From: Paramecium tetraurelia
Lineage: Eukaryota
NCBI GenBank assembly: GCA_000165425.1
Contig: CT868430.1
Coordinates: forward strand, 124,001-188,000
Reading direction: 5' to 3'
DNA: 64,000 nt
The position numbers and the translations under genes were made by a program. This document shows, in pieces, positions 38,581 to 51,700 of the stretch. The notes below the pieces were generated by a model, which searched no databases, was not told the origin of the DNA, and saw nothing but the letters and a program-made list of their open reading frames with translations. Within the stretch, counting starts at the first letter, position 1. Each line of letters begins with the position of its first letter.

Positions 38581-41346
38581 TCAATTTTTCAATTCCTTTT
38601 AGTCCATCACAGCTTTAAATAGATTCATCTTATAGGCATCCCATTTCTTAACTTTCTTTGCCTCCTCAGAATCAAAAATATGATCGAATTCAGGTTTTCT
38701 CTTAATTCCATCAATCAAATGTTGTTTCAAAGGTTGGCTAACCAAATGAAATAGTCCCTTATCCAATTTGTACACCTCAGTCTTAGCTGCATCACTAATT
38801 ACTGTCAATCTACTTCTTTCCGATAGATCATATTTCATTTCCATTATGTCCTCATCAAATAATTTATATTCATTCAATAGCACTCTCCCCATAAAGAAGT
38901 CTCCTCTTACAAATTCTTTATAAAGAAAATGGTATTTGAATGCCATATACTCTTTATTTTTTATATATTTCCTAATATTAAAAAGATTGGGGGTATCCCT
39001 AATCCAGGCACATTCTCTAAATCTAAGGATGTATTCTTCACTCTCATTTTCGTGTCCTCCCTAATTTAAGCGTCTCTAATATTGATATTTTATTACAATC
39101 TATTAAACCACATTTCAATGGCTTCTTCTTATTTGGATCATCCGCTCTCATCACTTTCAAATCTCTAATGAACACCTCCTCCTTCACACACTTGCATCTC
39201 CCACTTGCAACAATGTAAAAGTATTTCTATGGTTCACCTTCCTTCAAAATCACTTGGCCTAATCTATAGGTCTCACTTTCCAATAAATTTGCTATAGGTA
39301 TCAATTCCATTTAAGATAGGAACTAGTATAATGAGTGGCAATAATACATCAAAACAAGGCATGGTTAATAATGTCTTTAATTTATCTTCAAGTTCTGAAG
39401 TAATGACATTCAGGATAATGCTTTTGAAGTAATCTCTGGAGATGGCCAATAAATAAGTATCAACAGCACATTCAATTGAAGCACTTCTCTTCGGTTAGAT
39501 TTTAACTTATTCTTGTTTCTCTTCCTCATTGTAATCCTTCTTCCACCAATTCTTAGCCTTTTCCTTCTGTTATTCTTATCTCTACATCTCACCTCTTATC
39601 ATATTTAATGTGTATTTGCTATTAGAATGCAACTAGTTTTGATCTGGTCTATTAATTTTAGTGTTTGGATCAATCAAGGCCAATTCACCAAATTGTTATC
39701 CTGTATAAAGAGTACTCACAATTGGATTACAATCAGCCACATGTGGGTTCTTAATTCTTACGTGGCAACCCCCATTAAGAATTATATACATTTATTCTCC
39801 AACATCGCCTTCATAAAAGATATATTCACCACATTTGTAAAATACTAAAGAACTCAATTTTAATAATAGAATTCTTGTTTATTTACTGAACTACCAAAAG
39901 AATTTTAAGTTTTTGCAAATACCATCCAATACTTAAATTATACATATATAATTTACATTCATAATTCCTTTCATCTACTGATTTCTTTAGTTCTCTTAAT
40001 ACTAAATTGATTTCATCTAATGAGAAATGATCTCCAACCTTTAAAAATGGTGCTGGCTTATCTATCTTATTTTTCTGAGCATCTTCATATAATTTGTTAT
40101 CCTCTTTGACCATTTATTCAAACTTTTATTGAGTTTCCTTCAATTGCTATTCAAATGATCTATTTATTGGATCCACTTTAGCAAAAAAGTTTTATTATTC
40201 AACTAAAGGTTTGTTAAATATTTAGATCTCATCATCTAACATTTCAAAGCTTTCTTCTTTTGCTAAATCACCATCATCCTCTAACTCACTTAATAATGAA
40301 TTATGCTAGTCAAATTTGTCCAATAATAACTCTCTTTTTGCCATTGCTCTCTTTTTTTCTGCCTAAGCTTGCTTCATCTCCAAATATGGTCTCAAATCAT
40401 CTAAAAATTGTTTTCTTTTCTTCTTTATGTATTCTTTCTCTTTCTATGTCAATACGTTTGATTCTAAATCCAAATGAGTCAATGATTTCTCTTATTCATG
40501 AAGTGATTCTTCCCTAGGTTTATTTGCTTCATTTGCCTAGATCACAACCTTTTAAGCCAAGTCTTTCCAACAATCACCCAAAGGATTTTCTCTTTTATAG
40601 TTTGTTGTCTTAGGTCTATTGTCGGGTAATAACTTTCTTTTCTTTATTTATTGTGATTGAACTGGTCTATTTGATATTGTTTTCTCAATTAGTTCTCTTT
40701 GTCTCTCCAATTTAGAAGATTGATTACGAGGCAACTATTGATACTGCACTAATCTATTCGATGATTTTAATCTTTCCATATGTTTATGAACATGCGGATT
40801 CACCGTAAATTCATCAAAATCATTCTAATATATTTAATTTTCCATATCTTACAATATATTCAGGAAATCTATTTTAAATGACAAATTGTCCTGCTGTCGG
40901 TTCCATCTTAATTACTTATGGCACTTGTTAAATCAATTATCTGAAATCTTAAACAAGTTTTGGCTTTCTTTAAGCCCCCTCTGGAGCTGTTGTGGCTCTA
41001 ATTTCAAATTCAGGTTCTTGAGTTTGCTTTGATTGTTATACATCCTCATCATGAATTGATTGCATTTAAAATTGTGGGGGTTCTTGAAAAAAAGGATATT
41101 GCAACTGTGGAACCTTTTTTATAGGTCTTGCAATTGGTTGTGCACTTAATGGAAGACCTAAGAATATGGAAAGGTGATGCTACCTTTTATCAACTTCGCT
41201 GAATAATATGCAGATGTTATTCTATTTTGTTGTTTCAACTAGGGGTAGACTAGATTAACGGTTGTCGCTGATTCATGTTTCTACAATTATTTGGTCTAAG
41301 TTTCCTATTATCCTAGTTATTTCTTATTATTTAATAGTGTCTTCAT
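38581..41346 (-). CDS. Cyclic-nucleotide-binding domain protein, copy 2
   Basis: Same architecture as 34761-37527. ATG 41346, TGA 38581. Confidence 0.82.
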
Positions 41347-41386
41347 TATAAACAATGTTTTATATTTATTATTTGTTATATATATT

Positions 41387-43667
41387 TCAAAGTTTTAATG
41401 ATTTTGATTTTTCGAGAACCTGACGCATTTGCGTTATATTAGACATCAAATCACTTAACTAAGCTTGATTTTCTTTCAGCATTCCCTTCAATAATTGAGT
41501 TTAGACTGTTCTTATCTCAGCAACCATTTTGACATCTTCTAAATCTTCCTTTTGCTTAAACTTCATATCCGAGAATTCCAATTACTTCTATTTTTCATAC
41601 TTTACCTTACCAATTATGTTAACCAACTCTTATATCAATAAATGATATTATTCCAATTTCAACTCTAATAATTTATTTTACTCTTCCAATACTTTTATCT
41701 ATTAGGCACTTGAAGCACCACTCTGCGATTTTAAATCTCGGAGTTGTTTTGCTAATCGTTAATTTTCCTTAGTCAATTCTTCATTCAGTTCAGTTAATAA
41801 TTCTATCTCATCATTTTTTTATAATATTAATTCACTTTTATTCTTTTCATCTTTCATTTTTTCTAATTTTTTTTGTAATTGTTGGTTTTGGATTTTCAAA
41901 TCTCTTATTTCTTCAGTATTATCTTACGATTATAATTAGATTACTTATTTTTAAAGTAATTTAATTTTATTTTCGTAATTCTCTTTAATTTCATCAATTT
42001 AAATTTGATTAGGTTGATTTTACTATTTCTTCTCATCAGCTTATTTTTTGAGATTTCTGATTTATTGTTCATATTTTAATTTGAATTGAGATATCTCTTA
42101 CAAATCATTTTCATAATCACTATCCATGGTTTCAGTTTTTTGTTTTGTTATTTTCTATTTTGTATCATCCTCAATTTATAGCTTATACTTAGAGATTTCA
42201 TTTTTCAGTTATTCAATTTATGATTTCAAGTCTGAATTGTCAATTCTCATTTCATGCAACTTAATTTTATACATTTCAGAATCATTGTTTTATTATTAAC
42301 TTAGAAGTATAGAATTCTCCTTTTGTAATTATTTGACTTTATCTCTTAATTAAATGATCTCCTCATTCAACTTTTTATTTTCTAAATCCCTTCTATCAAC
42401 TTGTTCTTAGAGTTTCTAATTAATTTCACTTACTTTCTACATATCAGGTTTTATCATTGATTAACGAGCACTCAAATTCAAATTATCCACTTTGATTGAA
42501 TCTGATCTAGTTGTGATATAAACTTTCTTGTAACTTTCAAAATCACAATTTTGAGTTTATTTGTAAAGTACACTTAATTGATTAGTTCTAAGTGATCTGA
42601 GCATGAACAATTCTGTTTCTTCATGATTGAATTTGTTTTTCTGCATCTCCTGATTTGATAATTAAAATAAAACAGCCATCTGAGCCAGTAAATCCATATA
42701 ACCATTTGAACCAGACATTAATACAGAACTTATAATGAAAAAGGTAGTTTCAAATAAAAAGAGATTAATACTCAACGTAACTAAGTAGCATCTGAGCTTC
42801 TATGAGAGGAAACTCTTAATCACACTCATGTCATTTGAATCGACTTGAAGGGCATCTCTCAGTATGCCAACCACAATGGCATTTTCATTAACGAGATCAT
42901 ATTTAGTGTTAGTCTTGGGATACAATTGAGATGGGAGGATATGGGCATATATAGCAGTTAAGAGTATATATGCAGAAGCTTCAGATGCAAAACAAAGGAG
43001 AAAATAGGTAATGAGTACTACTTCATGTGAATATCCAATTTGAGGATACAATAATAGAAGTGTGCCAGCAACCCTCAAAATGGATGTTTTGACTACTTCT
43101 TTTTGGCGAAATGACTCCACATTTTTCAAAGCAGCTACCATAAAATCTTTGATGGAATAGTTCACAAATCCATCAATGTCATTTATCACTACTTCTAACT
43201 TAGCTTTGAAGATATCATAAGCATTTGTATCTTTAGATAGCTTTGCATCATCTAATGCATTCAAGAAATCCTAAAATTTAGTTAAGTCTCAAATTATTAC
43301 GTTTTTGGCTTTTGCAATATCAGTTCCGAATGATTATAACCATTATTGAGAGAATGAGTCTTTGTTAAAGCTTATTTTGTATTGTTCCAAGAATCTTTTT
43401 AGTGAGTCACTTTCCTAAATATTGAAATATAGATATTACGTCTTTACAAAAATTACATAGACGATGAGATTTCTTAGATAGGCCGTCTGCCTTCTAAACT
43501 TGAGCTTTATTTGGAGCACACTTATCACAAACTGCTCTTTTGCATCTATGGATCAACAAATATTAATTACCTCTTACATTAATGTTCTTTAACTGACATT
43601 GAGAATTTTGCTCCGCATAATTAACAGTTCTTCAACTTTCCCCTATCATCTTTGATTGTAATCCCAT
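41387..43667 (-). CDS. FYVE-like zinc finger + degenerate Rab-GAP TBC domain + long coiled coil
   Basis: NCQLCGAKFSMSVKEHQCKRCKRAVCDKC...HRLCNFC, then SILRVAGTLLLLYPQIGYSHEVVLITYFLL...EASAYILL, then heptads. Needs a -1 indel fix right after the ATG. Confidence 0.8.
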
Positions 43668-44306
43668 ATATAAATATTGGTTATGATTTACTCATTAATT
43701 ATATTACTATTTTTATTAGTTATCGAATAATTAATCATAAAACAATCTTAAATTATGATGAGTTATTCAAAATTCTTTTAGAAAATAAGTATGTAGTAAC
43801 TATAATTTCTTGAAATGTAATTAAATAAATGTTAAAACTCAATGTATATTAGATTTAAGAAGTATTGTGTGCTTTAAGATTGGAAATCAATTTAATCAAT
43901 TATTTGAGACAGAGTTGTAATTTATGTTTCAATTTATTTAGAAATTAATCTTACTTGATAATTACCAATATATAAATTTTTGACAAAAGTGAATATATTT
44001 ACATTTCATTCTTCGTAAATATTTCTTGAATATTTAAGATATGTCAACAAAATAGTATATCATTTTAATATCTGCACTCACTTTTAGTTTAGGATTACTT
44101 AGCTTTAAATCTATTAGAGTGGAAATGATAATTTTGTAATTCCATAAGATTACGATAATGAATAAATTTAGCTCCTTATTAACTGGAATCATACATAGAA
44201 AATTAGATACTTTCTAAACTAAAAATATTAAATTAATTAATTACGTAAATGTAATCATCAAATTATTGTAATTGAATTTATATATATTAAATTTAATATT
44301 TCATAT

Positions 44307-45025
44307 ATGAAGAAAATGTCTGGCTAACCAATATTAAAAAAAGTGTCTATGAATCATAATCACACTCATTTGGAATCAGAGACATCGGATGTTGAAAGAA
44401 CCACAAGTTTTGAATCAAGTTAATTGGGCAGAATTATTGATATTTCATCATTTCGTAAAACCTCCACTTCCTCAAAAGGAGATAATAATTAAAGTCCTAG
44501 ATAATAAAGGAGAAATTCATTTGTTACTTTTGAATCTAATGATGTGTCAATCTCTGTCAGTTAAATCAAATCCATTCATGAGTAATTTATTAACCAAACT
44601 TTTAGTCCTTCGCAGTATTTGAAAATGAATGATTTGTAAGTTAGAGTTTGGAAAGCATTATCCAAATTTACGAAGGCATAATTAGTATAATTCCTTTATT
44701 ATTTAGGAATCAGTTTTTTTGATTGATATTATTGTTTTGCATAATGATACTGAATTTGAATTTAAGTTTGACCTCTCACAATTGTCTTGTTTTATGACAA
44801 TGAAAGAATTGAGAGAATAAATTCATCTTATATTTTCTGAACAAAAGAATCAAAGTAATTATTTCATTTTATAATAAAGAAATATAAGACCCATAGTTAT
44901 ATATTCTGATTGGTGTTATTAAAACATAAAAATTAGATGGCGATATAAGATTGTTTGAATTACTAAATATTTTACTCAATGGAAAAAAAACTTTGATTTT
45001 GCAATCTTCATGCTAAAATTTTTGA
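44307..45025 (+). CDS. Hypothetical protein
   Basis: ATG 44307 MKKMSGQPILKK. Two tiny introns (~44685, ~44854) restore the frame to TGA ~45023. Confidence 0.65.
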
Positions 45026-45464
45026 AAGAAATTTTCATATTAATCTTCTGAAATAATAAATTGTTAATTACTTTTACTCTATTCGATTAAAGTATTGTAT
45101 CTAATTTTCAAAAGCTTTATTAAATTCTTAATATTTTTAGATTTAATAAAGATTTTGAAATTCTTGATTAAATATCTAGGAAATTTAAGAGTAATTATTA
45201 GATCAAAGAATATTTCTTATTTGAATAATAATAAAAAATTAAATAAAGTGATTTTAGCATCTTTATATTTTGTCCTTTACTATATTTAACCGAGTTCTTA
45301 ATATATATTATAAGTATAATATTATTCATTTAATATAGAAACAAGGTCGTAATTTCACATTAAGTTCTACGGTTTTTAGAATTTACCAAGCTCTATTTGA
45401 TCTCATTTTCAAGAAAATGAGTAAATTTTATTTTTTAATAAATTTCAAGTTTATAAAACAATTA

Positions 45465-45926
45465 ATGAACAAGTGTAGTTTAGCTTTGTAAACATCAATG
45501 CTTTTTGATGAATAAGAAGGTTTCTAATTAATTCATATTAGACTTCCAAGGTCATAACTTCGATGAATTAGGGCCATGGTTTAAATTGAAAGAAAAGAAA
45601 TAATTGATTGTTCCATTACAGCCAATAAGAGTCCCTTAGGTTAAAATAAAAAATTAATAATTATAAAAACGGGTTTACCAAATCAAAACGGAAAGGTATA
45701 ACACTGAAAGGACCATGCATATGAATGAGAATCCATTTTACATAAATAAAATAAAATAAAATTAAGAATACACTGATTCATCACCAGTGGAATAAATCAT
45801 TAAGAAGCACTTCTCTAATAAATAGACTGTATTTTTCCCAAAGAGCCAACAGACTTCGTTTGTATAAAAGTCAGATAAATCAAATCGATAAATAAGAGTT
45901 AAGAAACTCAAGATTTATCATTCTGA
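45465..45926 (+). CDS. Small hypothetical protein
   Basis: ATG 45465. A 22-nt GT..AG intron (~45520-45541) gives an open frame DFQGHNFDELGPWF... to TGA 45924-45926. Confidence 0.55.
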
Positions 45927-46370
45927 TATACCATTGCTCAACTAATATAATTATTTTTCGAGATTATTATGAAATCTAAATTAGACTCTCAACCGATTGC
46001 GTATGTATGCAAATATGAGTTGATAACTTTTTATCATATTCTAATGAATTAATAATTTAATTATTCGAAGATTCTTTTTCTTTACAAAAAATTTCTATAA
46101 AAATTCCCATTCCTATTGGAACATAGAAAAGGAAATTCATTTATAAATGGATGATCTTTGAAAATCAAACTCAAATTTTACAAGATGTATAATAATTTAG
46201 TCCATTATTAGTACTAAAACAACATATTTCTAATGATGAAATCAGTTCACTGGAAAAAGGTTATTCTAATTATTAATTATTATAATAAAAAGAAAATATA
46301 TACAGATTTACTATATCAATAAATCTAAATTATATTTACTATTATTATTTAACATATTATACTAAAGGTA

Positions 46371-48051
46371 TCATTTTCCTTTTTTAGATTAGGTAACCTT
46401 TTTTGGTGCTTGGCCTACTTCTACTTCAATCCAACCCTCGTCATCATCATCATTTTAATTATTTTATGGTTAATTTTAAGGTTGCGATTATTATGGTTGC
46501 TATTATTAAACTGGCTCAGGTTTTTTTTATTTTTAAGGGGGTGGTTTCTTGGCCGAACCAGAAGATATTGTGATTGAATCTGTTTTGATTTCAACAGCAA
46601 ATCCAGGAATATGTGAATTTTTTTATTAGATCTTTTTATTGACTGGCTTTTTTTTATCTTTATTTGATGCACCAACAGTTTACCATCCATCCTCATCTTC
46701 ATCATCATCTTCTTCATCTTACTATTACTATTACTCTTATTTTTATTCTTATTTTAATTCTTATTTTTATTATTATTATTATTATTGTTATTATTATTCC
46801 TATTTTTTTAATTAGGTTGTCTACTATTCTACTTTAGTTGTTTATTTTTATTATTAATCCTTTTTAGTTTATGTATTTTTCTTTGCTCCAACAATTTCCC
46901 ACTCTTCATCAGCACTATCTACTTTCTCAACTTATTATTTAGTTTGTAATTTCTATTCTTATTTAGGAGGTTCAGTTTTCAATTTCTATGTTTTTGGAAC
47001 TTAAGTTTATTATTATGGAGGTTGTTTTTCTGGTTATTACTAGGTTTCTTCTTTTGCCTTTTCTGGTTTTTTAGAATCCAATTTCTTTAAATAATCTTAA
47101 ACTTCTTAATTTATAGTGGCATCTGACTCTTCCTTTGGTTTAGCCTCCAAAATGACTTCTTCTTATCTAATAAGTTTAAAATTTAAATTACCTTTCATAT
47201 CCTTTTTTTTAGTATAAATTTCCTTTATTTCCTTCCACGTGCATGCTCTTATTGTCACTTCGCTTTCTTTCAGTAGGCTTATTAGTTTATTTTTATTATT
47301 GCTTTGATTATTATGGATTATTTGTAAAAGCCTTAGTAACTTTGACTTAAATAGGTTGTGCAACTAATGGCTTAGCCCATTATCCTATTTGAATATTCTA
47401 TTTGATCTTTGAATAGTCTATTTCGAAATCGATTCCTTGTTCTTCTTTTTATTTAATCTATTGAAGTTTGAGTTCTTCTTATTTTTCGATTTTAGTAGGT
47501 GAATCAAGTGATTTTTATTGATTTTGTTCTTCTGATTTTTATTTTTATGCTTCTTTTAATTTTTAATCAGCTTCTTTTTTTTTATTTACTGCTTAAATAA
47601 TCTTTTCAACTCTAACCAATTTATCTAATGTTTCCAAAGCAACTTTAGTTTGCATGTTGATAGTGCCTTTAGTGATCAATTAATCAATTTCAGCTGAGGT
47701 GAAAGGTCCTTGTGACTTTTAGGCTTCGTCCAAGTAATACCAAGCTTTCTTATTTGGATCACAAAGCCCACTTTCCACAAAGATAGTAGAGGCAGGCTAT
47801 GAAGGTTATTTTGTAATTTTTTGAACTTTGTTATCTTTTTAGAAGTATTTTGGATGAGTGAATTTTTGATCTGGTTGAACTTCTATGAGCATTTCCTTGG
47901 CATCCAATTTTAAAGGGTATGGAGCTCCTAAGGTAGAAGGGGGTTAATTCTGAATGAGAAACAAGTCTTGATGTTGAGTGAGCAATTTTATTATGTTGGG
48001 ATTGGGTTATTTGGCTGGTTGATATTCAAGAAGGGTTGAAGGATGGCTCAT
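46371..48051 (-). CDS. GYF-domain protein with Q/E/K low-complexity tail
   Basis: KAWYYLDEAQKSQGPFTSAEIDQLITKGTI (GYF). Intronless-looking, ends KKGK-TGA. Confidence 0.82.
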
Positions 48052-48089
48052 TAAAATTTAACACGTATATTTAATAGCAAAATAAAAAG

Positions 48090-48636
48090 TCAATTAAAAC
48101 TGCAATTAAATAATTTCATTTTATCTTTTTTCATTGTTTAGAGCATATTAATAGAACTAAATATTAATATGCAACTACTTGACAAGATAAAATGAATGTT
48201 CAGTCTTTTATTCAATGGTCTTTTTAGGCGGAGCAGTCTATTCACTGATTTCTTAAATTATGGTGGTTTTCTTTATTGGATTAAGTTGAAATTTAGGTTC
48301 CTCAATCATTTTTTTTCTTCTTGAACCTGAAGATGGTTAACGCAAGGCTCTTTCCCTTGTTTTGATAAAAATGAATTTCGCATCTTGTTATATAGTAGGA
48401 CACAATCGATCGATTAAATTGTCTGTAGGGTCATAAGTATCAGACTGTGAATAATTCAAAGGAATGATTTTTCTTTATCTAGATTAAGTTTTAGGTCTTG
48501 GTTTCTCCTCTTACTCATAATAAGAGTTGATTTGTTGAAACAATTGAGAGATCAATTAATGATTGGAGGAATTTCTAATCTTAGAATCTGTTGTTTTAGG
48601 CCTGATTCTGCTAAAAGTTTAATTCATGAAATTCAT
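48090..48636 (-). CDS. Small hypothetical protein
   Basis: ATG 48636 MNFMNQTFSRIRPKTT. One 22-nt intron near the 3' end. TGA 48090. Confidence 0.6.
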
Positions 48637-48708
48637 TATTTATTATATAACTAACATTCAATACATTTAAATATCTAAATTCATATTTAAATTACTTATA
48701 TCATTATT

Positions 48709-51700
48709 TCAATAAGTCATAACTCCTTACCAAGCTCTGTTCATTCTACCCAATTTTTATTATTCAAATTTTTTTAATTTTTCGAATTATTTCATTTTGC
48801 TAATTTCTTCCTTACTCTCATGTTGAATAAACTTTAGACTCTCATCAATCTCCTATTGCTTTTTTTATCCTTATTTAATGATATTCACAACCACAGGGTT
48901 TTAATTCTGTTAAGTCTATTATTTCTGTTAATTTTCAGTCTTAAGTAAATATTTTTTGGATTTCAATTGGTAAAGGAAATGAACCATGGCAATCCTTGGA
49001 TTATTCAAACAAACTGGACAATGATAATGTGCCTTCTCATCCAAAATCAGACAATTATAATGGTAGGTGTGACCACAAGCTAGAAGAACGATTGATTCCA
49101 ATTGTAAATGATACTCATAATAATGATGACATTAATAGCAACCAGGTAAGAAACCCTTTCCTTAAAGTGATAAGTGAACTAAGTTTCTCATATTTTTAAT
49201 GCATTTAATAAAATTGATATCTACCAATTTGGTATAAACAGTAGTAGAGAAATTGAAATGAGTATACATAGATTAGAAAGTCATTTTAAGTTTAGACGAA
49301 CTTAATCTCATGTATTTAGTAGTAATTTTATCAAGAAAGGCATCCAAATGACTGCATGCTGCCCACTTCTTTAACAATAATGGAATATATTCCTCCAAAT
49401 AAGAAGGGTATGGTTATGGAGTATATCTATTTTGTGACAGTTCCAAGATGCATTAAGTCACCATATCCCAGGATTCATCCAATTCATCTTATTTGTTATT
49501 CCTAAAGCAAATATTGCAAATTTCCAAAAAATAACAATAAAATTCACTCTAAATCATTCAAATTAAATACATACTTTACTTTAAAACGCTTTCTGTTGTA
49601 TTTTCTAAATAAAATCGTCTAGTTTTACACAGATTGCTTCTGTTATTGCTCCTGATCTTTCATGTAAATATACCAAAGCATCAGGCACAGGATATTATTT
49701 TAATACTATGATTATGTCATCTAAAGGATATTCCTATTCTTGGAGTTCCTTTAAAACTTTCTCTGGTTTTATTTAGCAAAGCAACTTTATGTATAACTTC
49801 AAAAATTCTGTATTGGATTAATACTATTTTCTATCAGCCTACATTATTTATTCTAGATATTCTAATTGCAACTTTGGTAATTCACCCATTTTATTCAGAA
49901 TACTAATATCATTTGCCTAGAAATATTTTGAAATCAATGACCTTGTGTGAATAGCACTATAAGACACTAGAGATCCTATATGATGCAGTATTCTATCTCG
50001 AAAAGAATCTAGTTGAGGAATCGGAGGATCTTTTTATAAAACTTTGGAAATCCAAGTGAAAATTTCAAATTTGACTGTGAGGTTAAAATATTGTAATTGA
50101 TTCTTAATTTTGATTCTCAAATCCAAAGTTTTACTGTAATTTTTAAGTTCTTCATTTAAATACATTTTAACCCAGTCAAACTATCCATCTGATGCCATCG
50201 AATTTAAAATATCCTCTTTATCAACCATTGGATATTTCTTGAAGAGATTGATTATAAATTGATTGTATGCATAAATTAAACAATATTTAAGAGTTGGTTC
50301 ATCATTATGTAATATATTAGGTAGAGGTAAACATTATAGTGGTAAAAATAGCAAATGTCGATGTTCACTGACTAAATCTAAGAATAATTCAGTTAATTAT
50401 TTATTTTATAGTTATTCTGTGTATCCTTTACTCAAAATGTTTGCTTGAATAGATCTGCCAACTTGATTAATCATCTTTTCCCATCCGATTGCATCAGGTA
50501 GTGTCTTTATTTATAATTAGGTCAATTGAAATTTTAAATCAGTCTAATCTTTTATCGTTTTCAATTTTTAAAAAGCTTACGTCATGTTAACATAATATTT
50601 CTTTAATCGTTCCTTATCTAAAAATTAGTCATATGGTGCTATAAAAAATTTGTAACACAACTAGACACAACCAGCAAAATCTATACTCATTAATAAAAAC
50701 AATGTTTGAGTTTCAAACAACCATAGAGATATCTGATCAGATTTCTCTTTTATTAATTCCTCAATATGCAATGTATATTCCAAATATAAAATGATGCTTT
50801 TTCCTTACTCTATGACCAATTATGGATCCTTCTTTTTTATGTCTTATTAAATGATTCCCCATAGTTTAGCCAAAGGAGTCAAGAAATCCCCAGATCTTGT
50901 GCATACATAACTCAAACTTGTAGTAAGTTTATTTAGAAGACAGAGTTGAATCAGTTCTTCAGTATTAATTTTTGAATATTCAATTTTAGAGATAAAAGTA
51001 TCAATACATTATGATTCTCCTTTTTTAACATAATAAAGCAAGATTTCATCTAATGTCATTAAAAATAAATAGAATACTTATGGTTTATTCATTTGCATCA
51101 ATCATTTTGACCTTTCCATTCTTTAGATATAAACTTAATTCATTGCATAATATACTGACATCTCCATTTAAAAATTTCTTTATGATACAATATATTTAAT
51201 TAAATAAGATATCACTTGAAACTCTCAAAAGAAAATCCACAAGCATTGACAGCAGTGTCTTCACTTTTTCCACATCCTTTTAATGACTAAGTTAAGAAAT
51301 TGGAGTATAAATCAAAGTCTTGTGTTTATCTAATGTAGTTTTGATTTCCTCCAAAACTACTTTTATATAATGAGTGGCTATTTCCAATACTTTTTTCTTT
51401 AAAACTTAAATGTTAAATTTGATTGGAGTGGATTTCATGCTACCATCCATTAAAGCTAGAATCAATAGCATTCCCTTGGCCCAATCTTTATTCTAAATAA
51501 AAATATCAATAGTTTATTCTAAATTGTTTATACTCCCCGTAACTATGGATCCTTCAACTAAAATGTGAATTTATCTTGTTAATTTATTTAAAGCATATAT
51601 TTAATTTTGCAATGGATATTATTTCAATTCCTTCTCTTCCTTTTTATTCAAAATATCAACCTGATAAAGAGAAAGTGAATGGAGAATCAGGCCAATTCTT

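Larger units (their letters stand above)
38118..41774. repeat. Copy 2 of duplicated block
   Basis: Direct repeat of 34298-37967. Confidence 0.95.
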
